Source: a virus
Strand: one strand, 5' to 3'
Virus record (IMG/VR): IMGVR_UViG_3300042691_042551
Coordinates: 8,691 to 72,690 of that record
Length of the DNA: 64,000 bases
This document shows positions 56,440 through 64,000 of the stretch, piece by piece (position 1 is the first letter of the stretch; every line of letters begins with the position of its first letter). Position numbers and translations under genes: made by a program. The notes beneath the pieces are model-generated. The model saw only the letters and a program-made list of their open reading frames with translations, searched no databases and had not been told where the DNA came from.

Positions 56440-57698
56440 GCTTTTTCGATAACTTCAATTTTTAGCTCACCACCATCTTTATCAACTTCTTCAATAAAGC
56501 ACTGGAATCCGTGTTTTTCTATCTTTTCCAACACTCGCTGGTATGTTTCTTTGTCCATTGTTGAGGCGTCAAATTTAACCGCTTTTAAGGTTGGGTTTAC
56601 AGCAAGTATTATATCGATAGCCAATTCAGATAATTGAGCAGTGTTTATCTGGTTTCTGTCAAGCGGCAATCCTTTGTAGTAGATATCATCCTCGGTAATG
56701 GTGATATTGGCAATTCCGGTAGACACAAACAATTCGTTTCGCTTTGTGCTTAAATCGGTAAGCTTTCTTGTGTGCTGTTCTGATTTTTCTTTTGCAGCCT
56801 CCAGATTTGCAACTATTTCAAGCTTTTTGGCATATTTATTTGCCAATTCTACTTTTTTGTTGTGCTCTTCGATTTCCAGTGCAGGATCAGGATACATTTC
56901 AAGTTGTTGCAACAGATTGTCTTTTTCTGTTTTAACATCGCTCATTGTTTTGTTAAGCTCATTCAGTGTTACCCGTTCTTCTTCAAGCATTTTTTGTATT
57001 TCAACTAACTTTACTTCGTACTCCTCAATTTTGCTTTTTGATTGATCTATAAGGCTTGTGCCTTTTACAATACGCAATTCAACCTCTTGTACTTTTCTTA
57101 AATGATCTGTACGCTTTGCCGACTTTTCTCGCAAGATTGATGCATCTTCAACAACTACTTCAACAGCATCTTCGTAAATCTTTAACTGCTCAGTAAATTC
57201 TTTAATTTGCCGATTTACTACAGTTCTTTCATTGTACTCGATTTTGCTTGCTTCATCTATTTCATCGGTATCTATTTTGAGGAAGTCCTTCATGAAATTG
57301 AGCATTTCTTTCTGGTTTTTGAGCAATAGAAACTTTTCCATGTCAAAGTTTACGCTTCCAATAAGCTGCTCAATAAATTGTGCCGGCTTTGGATATGTTG
57401 CTCCATCCGGAGATTTTATAGTCAGTTTGCCATTAGGTGAACCTTCACTGAATGACTTTTCTATGATTATCTCTTTTTCCTCGTTTCCGATTACAAGAGA
57501 TACTTTAGCTCGTTCTTCGCCATCCATTATGGCTTTTACCGGTCCATCGACAGCACCGATAGTTGAAAAGATTGCTTGAATGAATGATGTTTTGCCTTGC
57601 CCGTTTTTGCCTGTTACATATACAGACTTGCCGTTAAGGTTTGCTTCTACTGATTTTAGGTTTTTGAAGTTGTGAATGTTGATCTTCTTGATTTTCAT
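56436..57698 (-). CDS. SMC/Rad50-like AAA ATPase
   Basis: INIHNFKNL, GKNGQGKTS Walker A, long coiled coil, degenerate C-terminal signature. Confidence 0.82.
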   Translation of the reverse strand: MKIKKINIHNFKNLKSVEANLNGKSVYVTGKNGQGKTSFIQAIFSTIGAVDGPVKAIMDGEERAKVSLVIGNEEKEIIIEKSFSEGSPNGKLTIKSPDGATYPKPAQFIEQLIGSVNFDMEKFLLLKNQKEMLNFMKDFLKIDTDEIDEASKIEYNERTVVNRQIKEFTEQLKIYEDAVEVVVEDASILREKSAKRTDHLRKVQEVELRIVKGTSLIDQSKSKIEEYEVKLVEIQKMLEEERVTLNELNKTMSDVKTEKDNLLQQLEMYPDPALEIEEHNKKVELANKYAKKLEIVANLEAAKEKSEQHTRKLTDLSTKRNELFVSTGIANITITEDDIYYKGLPLDRNQINTAQLSELAIDIILAVNPTLKAVKFDASTMDKETYQRVLEKIEKHGFQCFIEEVDKDGGELKIEVIEKA

Positions 57699-58005
57699 TT
57701 TGAATTAAGTTTTTGATAGCGTCTAATTGTCTTCTATTCATGTAGAAATTAGAAAACATAAATTTTCTATTGCCTTTTGTCATTGATATTGGAATATCAA
57801 GGGGGTCAAATATAATGGAATAATGCTTTCCTTTTCTCTTTTTTTTATAGTTTTTTTTAATAAAAACCTGTCTTTTTTTTGTGAATAGTTGTAAATCGCC
57901 TATTTCTAAAGGAACCCCTTTTAACCAAATCTGGTGCATCACGCGAAATGTTTCACTTATCAGATTCCGGTAAAAGTAGTTGTATTTATAGTTTCTTTTA
58001 TTCAT
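57634..58005 (-). CDS. Basic HU/IHF-like hypothetical protein
   Basis: Very basic; WLKGVPLEIGDLQLF resembles the HU beta region. Confidence 0.4.
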   Translation of the reverse strand: MNKRNYKYNYFYRNLISETFRVMHQIWLKGVPLEIGDLQLFTKKRQVFIKKNYKKKRKGKHYSIIFDPLDIPISMTKGNRKFMFSNFYMNRRQLDAIKNLIQNENQEDQHSQLQKPKISRSKP

Positions 58006-58012
58006 ATCTTTG
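58005..58012 (+). promoter_or_regulatory. TAnnTTTG -7 box (TATCTTTG) for the inverted structural gene
   Basis: Consensus match 26 nt before ATG 58039. Confidence 0.55.
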
Positions 58013-58038
58013 TCTCTCACAAATTAATAATTAATTTT

Positions 58039-59217
58039 ATGCGTACACAAGTAAGAGGTGTTTCTGTACTCTCAACAGCGGAAATGGGAGCTTCAGGTGA
58101 CTTGGTCACAAACATCTTAATTGGAAGTAAATTTTCCAGAAATCAAGGTCTTGTTCGAATTGCAGGACTTCCGCCTTTTCAGTTTAAAAATGTTCATCGC
58201 TATTCTGGATTGCAGCCATACACTGCAGCAGTTGCCGGTGTTTACACTTTTGACCCAGCTAGCGGTGCTACAGATGCAACAACAAATGTTGAATTGCGTT
58301 TTTCTATCACCGGTTTCCCCAATGATGCCCCTCAACCTATGCGCCAGTTTAACGGTGTTATAGTAACTGTTGGTGCTACTGAAACTTTGACAAATGCTCA
58401 ATTATGCCAACGCATTGTTGATGCTTTTGCCGGAAACAAGTATTACACTGCAGCAGTTAGCGGTAGCGGAGCAAGCAGTGTTGTTACTTTTACAGAGAAG
58501 TTTCTTCAAACTCCTCTTGTTAAGCAACCAGCAATTACCACATTGCATTTGTCGGGCCAAACTTCTGTAATGACCTTTAGCAAAACAACTGCTACTGTTG
58601 CCCAAATCGGATTCACCGGTACTGAGCTTAATGCTTATGTAAATGGTGAGTATGAGCGCGAAGGTTCAATGAAAGAGTTTGACGTTGTAAACAAAAGCTT
58701 GATTAGCACAGGAACAAACTATGACGTTATTGAAATCATTTTCAACAAACGTTCTGTTACTGCTCCTTTCGGCTTTGCTGGCAATGAGCCTTATGTGTAC
58801 AAACTGTTTGTTCCAACCAATGCAACCAACAAAGCAGTATTTTTAACAAAGCTTAATGCTCTGTTTGCTGCTGATTCTACGTTGTTTGTAAATGTTGGAG
58901 ATGCAAACGGTGGCGTATCTTACGTAACAACCGATACCGGTGATGTATTTAGCCATGCAACTAATGCTAATTTGCTCCCTGGCAATGGAGAACCTATTGT
59001 GTTTTCCACTATTACAGGCACAACAGGCATTACCACCAATACCGTTTACTATGTTGTAAACAAAACAGCAACAACTTTCCAAGTTGCAACTGTTCCCGGT
59101 GGATCTGCAATAGCTTTAACCACTAACGGTAGTGCAGTTTCTGCATTGTGGTTAGGTGATGCTACTGTAGATGCGTTGCTTGCAACACCAATTATGACTA
59201 CAGATCTTGATCTCTAG
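58039..59217 (+). CDS. Putative auxiliary capsid/decoration protein, inverted within the replication module
   Basis: T/A/G-rich beta protein with MCP-like codon usage; C-terminal GITTNTVYYVVNKTATTFQVA module; own promoter box and terminator. Confidence 0.55.
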   Translation: MRTQVRGVSVLSTAEMGASGDLVTNILIGSKFSRNQGLVRIAGLPPFQFKNVHRYSGLQPYTAAVAGVYTFDPASGATDATTNVELRFSITGFPNDAPQPMRQFNGVIVTVGATETLTNAQLCQRIVDAFAGNKYYTAAVSGSGASSVVTFTEKFLQTPLVKQPAITTLHLSGQTSVMTFSKTTATVAQIGFTGTELNAYVNGEYEREGSMKEFDVVNKSLISTGTNYDVIEIIFNKRSVTAPFGFAGNEPYVYKLFVPTNATNKAVFLTKLNALFAADSTLFVNVGDANGGVSYVTTDTGDVFSHATNANLLPGNGEPIVFSTITGTTGITTNTVYYVVNKTATTFQVATVPGGSAIALTTNGSAVSALWLGDATVDALLATPIMTTDLDL

Positions 59218-59244
59218 TAGGTCATGTGTTTAATGGGTAAAAAG

Positions 59245-59269
59245 AAAGGGGCGAAAGCCCCTTTTTTTT
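59245..59269 (+). terminator. Rho-independent terminator at the convergent junction
   Basis: AAAGGGGC-GAAA-GCCCCTTTTTTTT; same core as the 53017-53041 terminator. Confidence 0.9.
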
Positions 59270-59744
59270 AATCTAGTAACGAAAATGCAATTTCTAGTGA
59301 TATGGATTCATAGTTTCTTGTAACCATTGCAAATCCATCATTGTAGCTTACCCAGCGAAAATATTTCATCTGATCTCTTAACGGGTGCCCTAGTTTGCGA
59401 AATTCATACTTTTTCTCGTGTGCTATCTGAAGATAGTTTAGTATCTCAAATGTGTCCCAGATATGAGTTTTTTGCTGTTGGTTAGCTTTAAATCTGAGAT
59501 TACCACGCTCAAAAGTTTTTAGCTTTTTAGGAATACCGGTATATGAGTTGACTATATAAGTCCAGTTTTTAGTATTTACCTCAAGTTCTACTTCTTTAAA
59601 TACGGATAGAAAGGAAATAAGGTTTCTTTCATTTTCTTTTGTCAGATCCTTTGGTGTGTCATTGCATAGATTAAAGATTAACATATCTTCTTCTAATGCA
59701 CCACTAGGTATTATAACCTGTCTTTCAAATTTAATTAAGTCCAT
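59268..59744 (-). CDS. Hypothetical protein
   Basis: 158-aa ORF in the - strand operon. Confidence 0.6.
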   Translation of the reverse strand: MDLIKFERQVIIPSGALEEDMLIFNLCNDTPKDLTKENERNLISFLSVFKEVELEVNTKNWTYIVNSYTGIPKKLKTFERGNLRFKANQQQKTHIWDTFEILNYLQIAHEKKYEFRKLGHPLRDQMKYFRWVSYNDGFAMVTRNYESISLEIAFSLLD

Positions 59745-60207
59745 ATCCTTTACTTTGTTTTAGCATTTCATCTATTCTTTCCAAATATGGGTCTTTTTTT
59801 ATGTTTATGCAAAACAAAAACCCGCATAGCTCCCAAAGATACATCAGTTTTGACGTTTCATTAGTTACATCATAATCTATGTCAATTACCCTAAAAGCGT
59901 TTGTAAATGCCCAAATTAGGTCAATAATACTGATGTTTTTAATGTTTATTGCTTCATCTTCAGGGAAATTTTCAAAGCTTTTTGAAACGTGAGCCAACGA
60001 TTTAACAGCAAGTAAATACTCAGCAATAAATCCTTGTGATAAGTGAGAGTCTATTTCCATAAATTTGCTGACCGATATATTGGCCGCGGATATCATTGCT
60101 TCCACATCGTAATAGCTGTAAACGTGCTTTTTTTCCATAAAAGAAAGGTAGGGGAATTTCACCCCTACCATTATTGTTAAAGTTTTTCTATCATGAAATT
60201 GTTCCAC
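59731..60207 (-). CDS. Hypothetical protein
   Basis: 158-aa ORF overlapping both neighbours. Confidence 0.55.
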   Translation of the reverse strand: MEQFHDRKTLTIMVGVKFPYLSFMEKKHVYSYYDVEAMISAANISVSKFMEIDSHLSQGFIAEYLLAVKSLAHVSKSFENFPEDEAINIKNISIIDLIWAFTNAFRVIDIDYDVTNETSKLMYLWELCGFLFCINIKKDPYLERIDEMLKQSKGYGLN

Positions 60208-61106
60208 TTTTCAATGTTTTCAAGCACTGAGTTGCCTGAATTGTTGTCAAAGCGAATTACTTCGGTGCCTATTTGAGTTAAGTCCCAATAGTTATTTACA
60301 TCTTTTTTGTTAAATCTCGATGCAACCTGAGTGATGTCGGTAACTTGCATTACACTGTCTTTTGTATGGTACATTTCCAGCATTTCGCCTAAATACCGGT
60401 GACACTGAGATCTTGATATTGGTTTGCTGGCCAATCTGTTGATGCATTCAAGGTCTGAACCAAACTTCTGCTCAATGTCGCTTAACCATTCGTCAAGGTT
60501 TTCCATCATCTGTCCATAGGACAAGTTTCTTCCGGTTACTTGCCTTGTACTGCCAAATATGTTGAAATTATCACAGATTCTTATGTTTGTGCCCATTGCC
60601 AGTTCCAGTTTATCGTCTTCGTACTTTACGGCAAGACGTAAGTTAGCATGACCCGGTTGAACCGATTCTGCTGCTGCATAGTTGCTGATTAGGTCAATAG
60701 TTCCAATAAAACGCTCAAACACAAGTTCTGTTATTGGCGTTTCAGGCACTAAAAGAGAGCTGTTTTGTGTTTCAGGAGTCATTTTAGAAACATATCCTGG
60801 ATGGCTCATGCTATCACGGTAGACAAATACTTGTCCGCATTGATACTCTGTTTTTGTCTTATTGCGTATTCTTTCGTGAATACCATGCAATATCTGGTGG
60901 CCGGAATACTCATTGAGCGCTTTTGATCTGCGCCCGGGTTCTTTTGACAAAACAAACTGCTGGAATGGAATGCTTTTCGAAACGCGGCAATCCTTTGAAT
61001 TTGACTCTTTAAACTCGTTTGTTTTTTTGTCGCGGACAAAATTGCGAAATTCAAGCTCATTAACTGTTAAAACTTGAAAAGATGGTTGAATTGATAATTC
61101 TTGCAT
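60177..61106 (-). CDS. DUF932/DUF3871-like protein
   Basis: ELAMGTNIRICDNFNIF and NYWDLTQIGTE resemble the family R.IC.N and W.L.N..T motifs. Confidence 0.5.
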   Translation of the reverse strand: MQELSIQPSFQVLTVNELEFRNFVRDKKTNEFKESNSKDCRVSKSIPFQQFVLSKEPGRRSKALNEYSGHQILHGIHERIRNKTKTEYQCGQVFVYRDSMSHPGYVSKMTPETQNSSLLVPETPITELVFERFIGTIDLISNYAAAESVQPGHANLRLAVKYEDDKLELAMGTNIRICDNFNIFGSTRQVTGRNLSYGQMMENLDEWLSDIEQKFGSDLECINRLASKPISRSQCHRYLGEMLEMYHTKDSVMQVTDITQVASRFNKKDVNNYWDLTQIGTEVIRFDNNSGNSVLENIEKWNNFMIEKL

Positions 61107-61154
61107 AATGTATTAAATTAAAATTGTCTATTGGATTTTTACTACTTTATTTGG

Positions 61155-61162
61155 CAAATTTA
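61155..61162 (-). promoter_or_regulatory. TAnnTTTG -7 box (TAAATTTG, - strand)
   Basis: About 50 nt upstream of ATG 61106. Confidence 0.45.
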
Positions 61163-61381
61163 CCAAATATAACTATCTAATTTTTGTTTTTCTGCGTTTA
61201 GTTTTTGTTCAAATGCTGATTCTGAACCGTCAAATGAATAGGTAATCTCTAACCTTTCTGATTTATAATCAAACTCTTGGCTTATGATTTTTGCTCCGGC
61301 TTTGATGTATGGAGTTAATACTTCATCTACTTCACCTTCATGCTCAACATCATAAAATGTACGTGTTTTGTAATTTGTCAT
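61160..61381 (-). CDS. Hypothetical protein
   Basis: ATGA-coupled small ORF. Confidence 0.6.
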   Translation of the reverse strand: MTNYKTRTFYDVEHEGEVDEVLTPYIKAGAKIISQEFDYKSERLEITYSFDGSESAFEQKLNAEKQKLDSYIW

Positions 61382-61725
61382 GATTTTTTCGGCTTATTTC
61401 CACCGTACCACTCTTCTATTAAATAGTTGTATGCAGCTTCGTGCATTCTTCTCATGTCCTGAGTATAGGTTTGCAGTTCAATGTATGGTATGCGTATCAC
61501 CGTTCCATCAATTCGTTTGAGGCACGATTTTGCACACGATTGAACTTCACCGTGTTTGTCAATGACAAAGCTGTATATTCCTAATGGATCTATGTTTTTT
61601 TGTGATTCTAACCGAATTACTATTTCGCCAGGGCTTAGCGTGTTTTCCGGTGCAAAGAAACGATCTTTTCCTTGGTAGACTAAGACCATTGCTTTTTCTT
61701 CATGGTTGTTTCCGTTTTTGTTCAT
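61378..61725 (-). CDS. Hypothetical protein
   Basis: ATGA-coupled ORF. Confidence 0.6.
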   Translation of the reverse strand: MNKNGNNHEEKAMVLVYQGKDRFFAPENTLSPGEIVIRLESQKNIDPLGIYSFVIDKHGEVQSCAKSCLKRIDGTVIRIPYIELQTYTQDMRRMHEAAYNYLIEEWYGGNKPKKS

Positions 61726-62081
61726 TCTTCGTCTTGTTCTGTCTCATATACTTCAAGCTCGTAAGCCGATTTGTTATGGATGCAAAAATCACTTCCTTTT
61801 ACAACCATCCATGAACACTCTGATGGTTTTCGATTGTGCTCGCGAAGTATGTTTTCATAATGTTCGCTTTCGTCTTCATCTGGCTTAGGACTTCTACTAG
61901 GTAGGATGTATCCAATTTTGTAGGAGTGGTCCAATACCACAACGATGTCGTGTTTATGATTTTTCTCTTGTTTCTTTTCTTTTAAGTCTTTGATTACTTC
62001 TTTGATGGCTTCTACTTTTTCCTCATTTGATAGATTATGGTAAGTAGCCAGCTCTTCAATTTGCTCAATTATTCCTTTCAT
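61722..62081 (-). CDS. Hypothetical protein
   Basis: ORF coupled to neighbours. Confidence 0.6.
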   Translation of the reverse strand: MKGIIEQIEELATYHNLSNEEKVEAIKEVIKDLKEKKQEKNHKHDIVVVLDHSYKIGYILPSRSPKPDEDESEHYENILREHNRKPSECSWMVVKGSDFCIHNKSAYELEVYETEQDEE

Positions 62082-62083
62082 GG

Positions 62084-62380
62084 TTAGCTTTCATTAACTA
62101 TTGGATACACTTTGTCAAATTCATCTAGTCTTTGACTTGTTATAGTGTAGATAACCTGTCTTTCTATGCGCTTTCCGGTTGGTTGATACCCTTCCAAACT
62201 CCAGGTATTGCCATTTAGCGATGTATAAACGTGCTTGTGTTTAATGTATTCAGTTATTATTTCATCTATTGGGCGCGTATGATTATCGTTTATAAGAGCT
62301 ACGTCTGTAACATATTCAAGAGAATCAAGGTCTTTTGCAGTAAACTCAAATTCGGTTAGATTTTGAATGATGTTTTTCAT
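62084..62380 (-). CDS. Hypothetical protein
   Basis: ORF coupled to neighbours. Confidence 0.6.
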   Translation of the reverse strand: MKNIIQNLTEFEFTAKDLDSLEYVTDVALINDNHTRPIDEIITEYIKHKHVYTSLNGNTWSLEGYQPTGKRIERQVIYTITSQRLDEFDKVYPIVNES

Positions 62381-62853
62381 TTTTTTGATATAAAGTTAAA
62401 GGCATTGCTGGAGCCGGTCATGTTAAAGCTAAAGTAATCGGTAGTACAATAGTCCTGATTTACGCGTATTGAGCATCGTGAGGCTTTTTTAAAGTCACTG
62501 ACAAATTCAGGTGTCCAGATATCATCACTTATGTAATAGACTCGGCTATCGTTTGATTTTGTGGCTTCGGCTTCATAGTTTTTTATCTCTTTTCCGACAA
62601 ATAAGGCTATTTGCATTGTAGTGCTTTCATCGCAAAAATAAACTCCCATTAAGTAAATAAAGGGGTATTTGTCTTCGGATGTGTCAATCGGTATTTCCCC
62701 GACTTCCATGGCGAGAAACCCGCCATTGTCTATTTTGGTAAATGCTTTCTTGAATTTACCGTCAAATTCAGAATTAATGAATTTGTAAGTCCATTGAGAA
62801 AATGCAGCGCATACATACAGCATGCCTGCAAGCGTTAAAATTAACTTTTTCAT
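62377..62853 (-). CDS. Secreted/periplasmic protein
   Basis: Sec signal MKKLILTLAGMLYVCAAFS/Q; mature N-terminal Gln is common in Bacteroidota exported proteins. Confidence 0.65.
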   Translation of the reverse strand: MKKLILTLAGMLYVCAAFSQWTYKFINSEFDGKFKKAFTKIDNGGFLAMEVGEIPIDTSEDKYPFIYLMGVYFCDESTTMQIALFVGKEIKNYEAEATKSNDSRVYYISDDIWTPEFVSDFKKASRCSIRVNQDYCTTDYFSFNMTGSSNAFNFISKK

Positions 62854-62883
62854 GTGTTTTTTATTTTTTTTCTATTTTGATTT

Positions 62884-63339
62884 TCAGTATTGGGTATATG
62901 GCATTTGGTTGTTTTTTTGCTTTTCTCTCCATTTTTTGGCATATCCTGGATATTCTGTTTCGACATATTCACAACTTGGATTCTTAACAAACCATTCTAA
63001 AAACTCATCATCAATAGCTTGTACACCATATAAGTCTGGGTCTGTTGTTAGGATGATTTTCTTTTTAGTAAAACTGCCATCTTTAGAATTAGCAATTCTT
63101 GTTTGAAATTCAGTTTCACATTTAATCACTTGGGTATTTGTCTTTTCCAAATTAGTTTGAACTACATAATCACCTTCTTTAATTTCTTCATCAGAAGTGA
63201 TGTAGATGTTAAACTTTTTTCTGTGCATCCATTTTCTATCATTCTTATATGACTTATTAGACCGGTAACATAATTGATTTGCATCATTATAAATTAACCT
63301 ACTTGGTTTATCCGTTGGTATAATGTGTATGTTTTTCAT
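62884..63339 (-). CDS. Hypothetical phage protein (MKNIH..PTDKPSRL type)
   Basis: NIYITSDEEIKEGD and KIILTTD.DL..VQAIDDEFLEWFVKNPSCE segments. Confidence 0.7.
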   Translation of the reverse strand: MKNIHIIPTDKPSRLIYNDANQLCYRSNKSYKNDRKWMHRKKFNIYITSDEEIKEGDYVVQTNLEKTNTQVIKCETEFQTRIANSKDGSFTKKKIILTTDPDLYGVQAIDDEFLEWFVKNPSCEYVETEYPGYAKKWREKQKNNQMPYTQY

Positions 63340-63719
63340 ATAATTTGAAATTGAACTCTATTATCTTGTGATAAGTTGATTAGTCTTTGGACATGTTGCT
63401 TTATGTATGTTTCTGAACAAAGCCAAGGGCCCGGTTTTCGCTCATCATATATTGTATTAATGATTTGACAACCTTCTGATATAAAAGACTTTTTTGCTTT
63501 TTCTACCATTTCTGAAAACAAAGGTCTTGCATTTGGTATGTGAATAGTGCCTATTTCAACCAATAAATAAATTCCCTCTGGTGCGCTATCAGGCTTTACA
63601 AAAGCTTGTACTGCATATTTAAAGCTGTAGTTTTGCCTTTCTGTTGATATTATAATTTTTGGGAATAGTGGCAATTCGGTTTTTGAAGACTCTGTTGGTA
63701 TTAAATGTATGTTTTTCAT
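63336..63719 (-). CDS. Hypothetical protein sharing its N-terminus with the neighbouring gene
   Basis: MKNIHLIPT start; 25/29-nt identity to the 5' end of the adjacent gene. Confidence 0.6.
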   Translation of the reverse strand: MKNIHLIPTESSKTELPLFPKIIISTERQNYSFKYAVQAFVKPDSAPEGIYLLVEIGTIHIPNARPLFSEMVEKAKKSFISEGCQIINTIYDERKPGPWLCSETYIKQHVQRLINLSQDNRVQFQII

Positions 63720-63721
63720 TG

Positions 63722-64000
63722 TTATTCGTATTTATAAGTTCCTACTAATACTGTTTGACCTTGTGAGTTGGTTGTTGTTTTGGGCTTTACTTCTAAATGG
63801 TCTTCAGATGTAAACTGATATGGAATAATGGGTTCGTAATCACACTTAAACCCAACAGGCATCTTTGGTTGTTTTAAAGATAGTGTTTCCTTTAACATAT
63901 CTTTATTCCATATATTTGTATTACCAACCACGTATTGACTAATCATCTTCATTGTGAAATCAATAACATCCTCCTCCGTGTACTTATACTTCTCTTTGGC
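63722..64000 (-). CDS. Hypothetical protein, 5'-truncated by the window edge
   Basis: Frame stays open upstream of ATG 63952 to nt 64000 (AKEKYKYTEEDVIDFT-MKMIS...). Confidence 0.6.
   Translation of the reverse strand, partial: AKEKYKYTEEDVIDFTMKMISQYVVGNTNIWNKDMLKETLSLKQPKMPVGFKCDYEPIIPYQFTSEDHLEVKPKTTTNSQGQTVLVGTYKYE

Noticed and set aside
57934-58038. N-terminal extension of the 427-aa ORF
   Set aside because: Overlaps the divergent gene and the promoter box; ATG 58039 is the better start
1-64000. Stop-codon reassignment (TAG or TGA), known in some crAss-like phages
   Set aside because: Long genes are intact under the standard code, and both TAG (9488, 59217) and TGA (2375) end genes at sensible boundaries
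1-64000. Prophage or integrative element interpretation
   Set aside because: No integrase, repressor, att site, conjugation genes or host genes visible in the window

Overview
A 64-kb segment of an AT-rich, crAss-like (Crassvirales-type) podovirus genome. The host is probably in the Bacteroidota, judged from TAnnTTTG promoter boxes and A-rich leaders with no Shine-Dalgarno. The + strand (1-44.7 kb) carries terminase, portal, scaffold, major capsid, ring/muzzle tail proteins, ejected cargo proteins, a 5152-aa virion RNA polymerase polyprotein, tail hub/fibre genes, a lysis cassette and a Tad2/DUF2829-like protein. The - strand (44.7-64 kb) carries primase, an SNF2 helicase, DnaB, an SSB-like protein, nucleases, an SMC-like ATPase and small early genes, with one inverted + strand structural-type gene. 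The standout is an apparently complete phage-encoded ubiquitin-like conjugation operon (PRTRC-type E, Ubl/C, F-like, E2/B, E1/ThiF, plus a RadC-type JAB protease) embedded in the replication module. All calls rest on motifs and gene order read by eye; no database searches were run.
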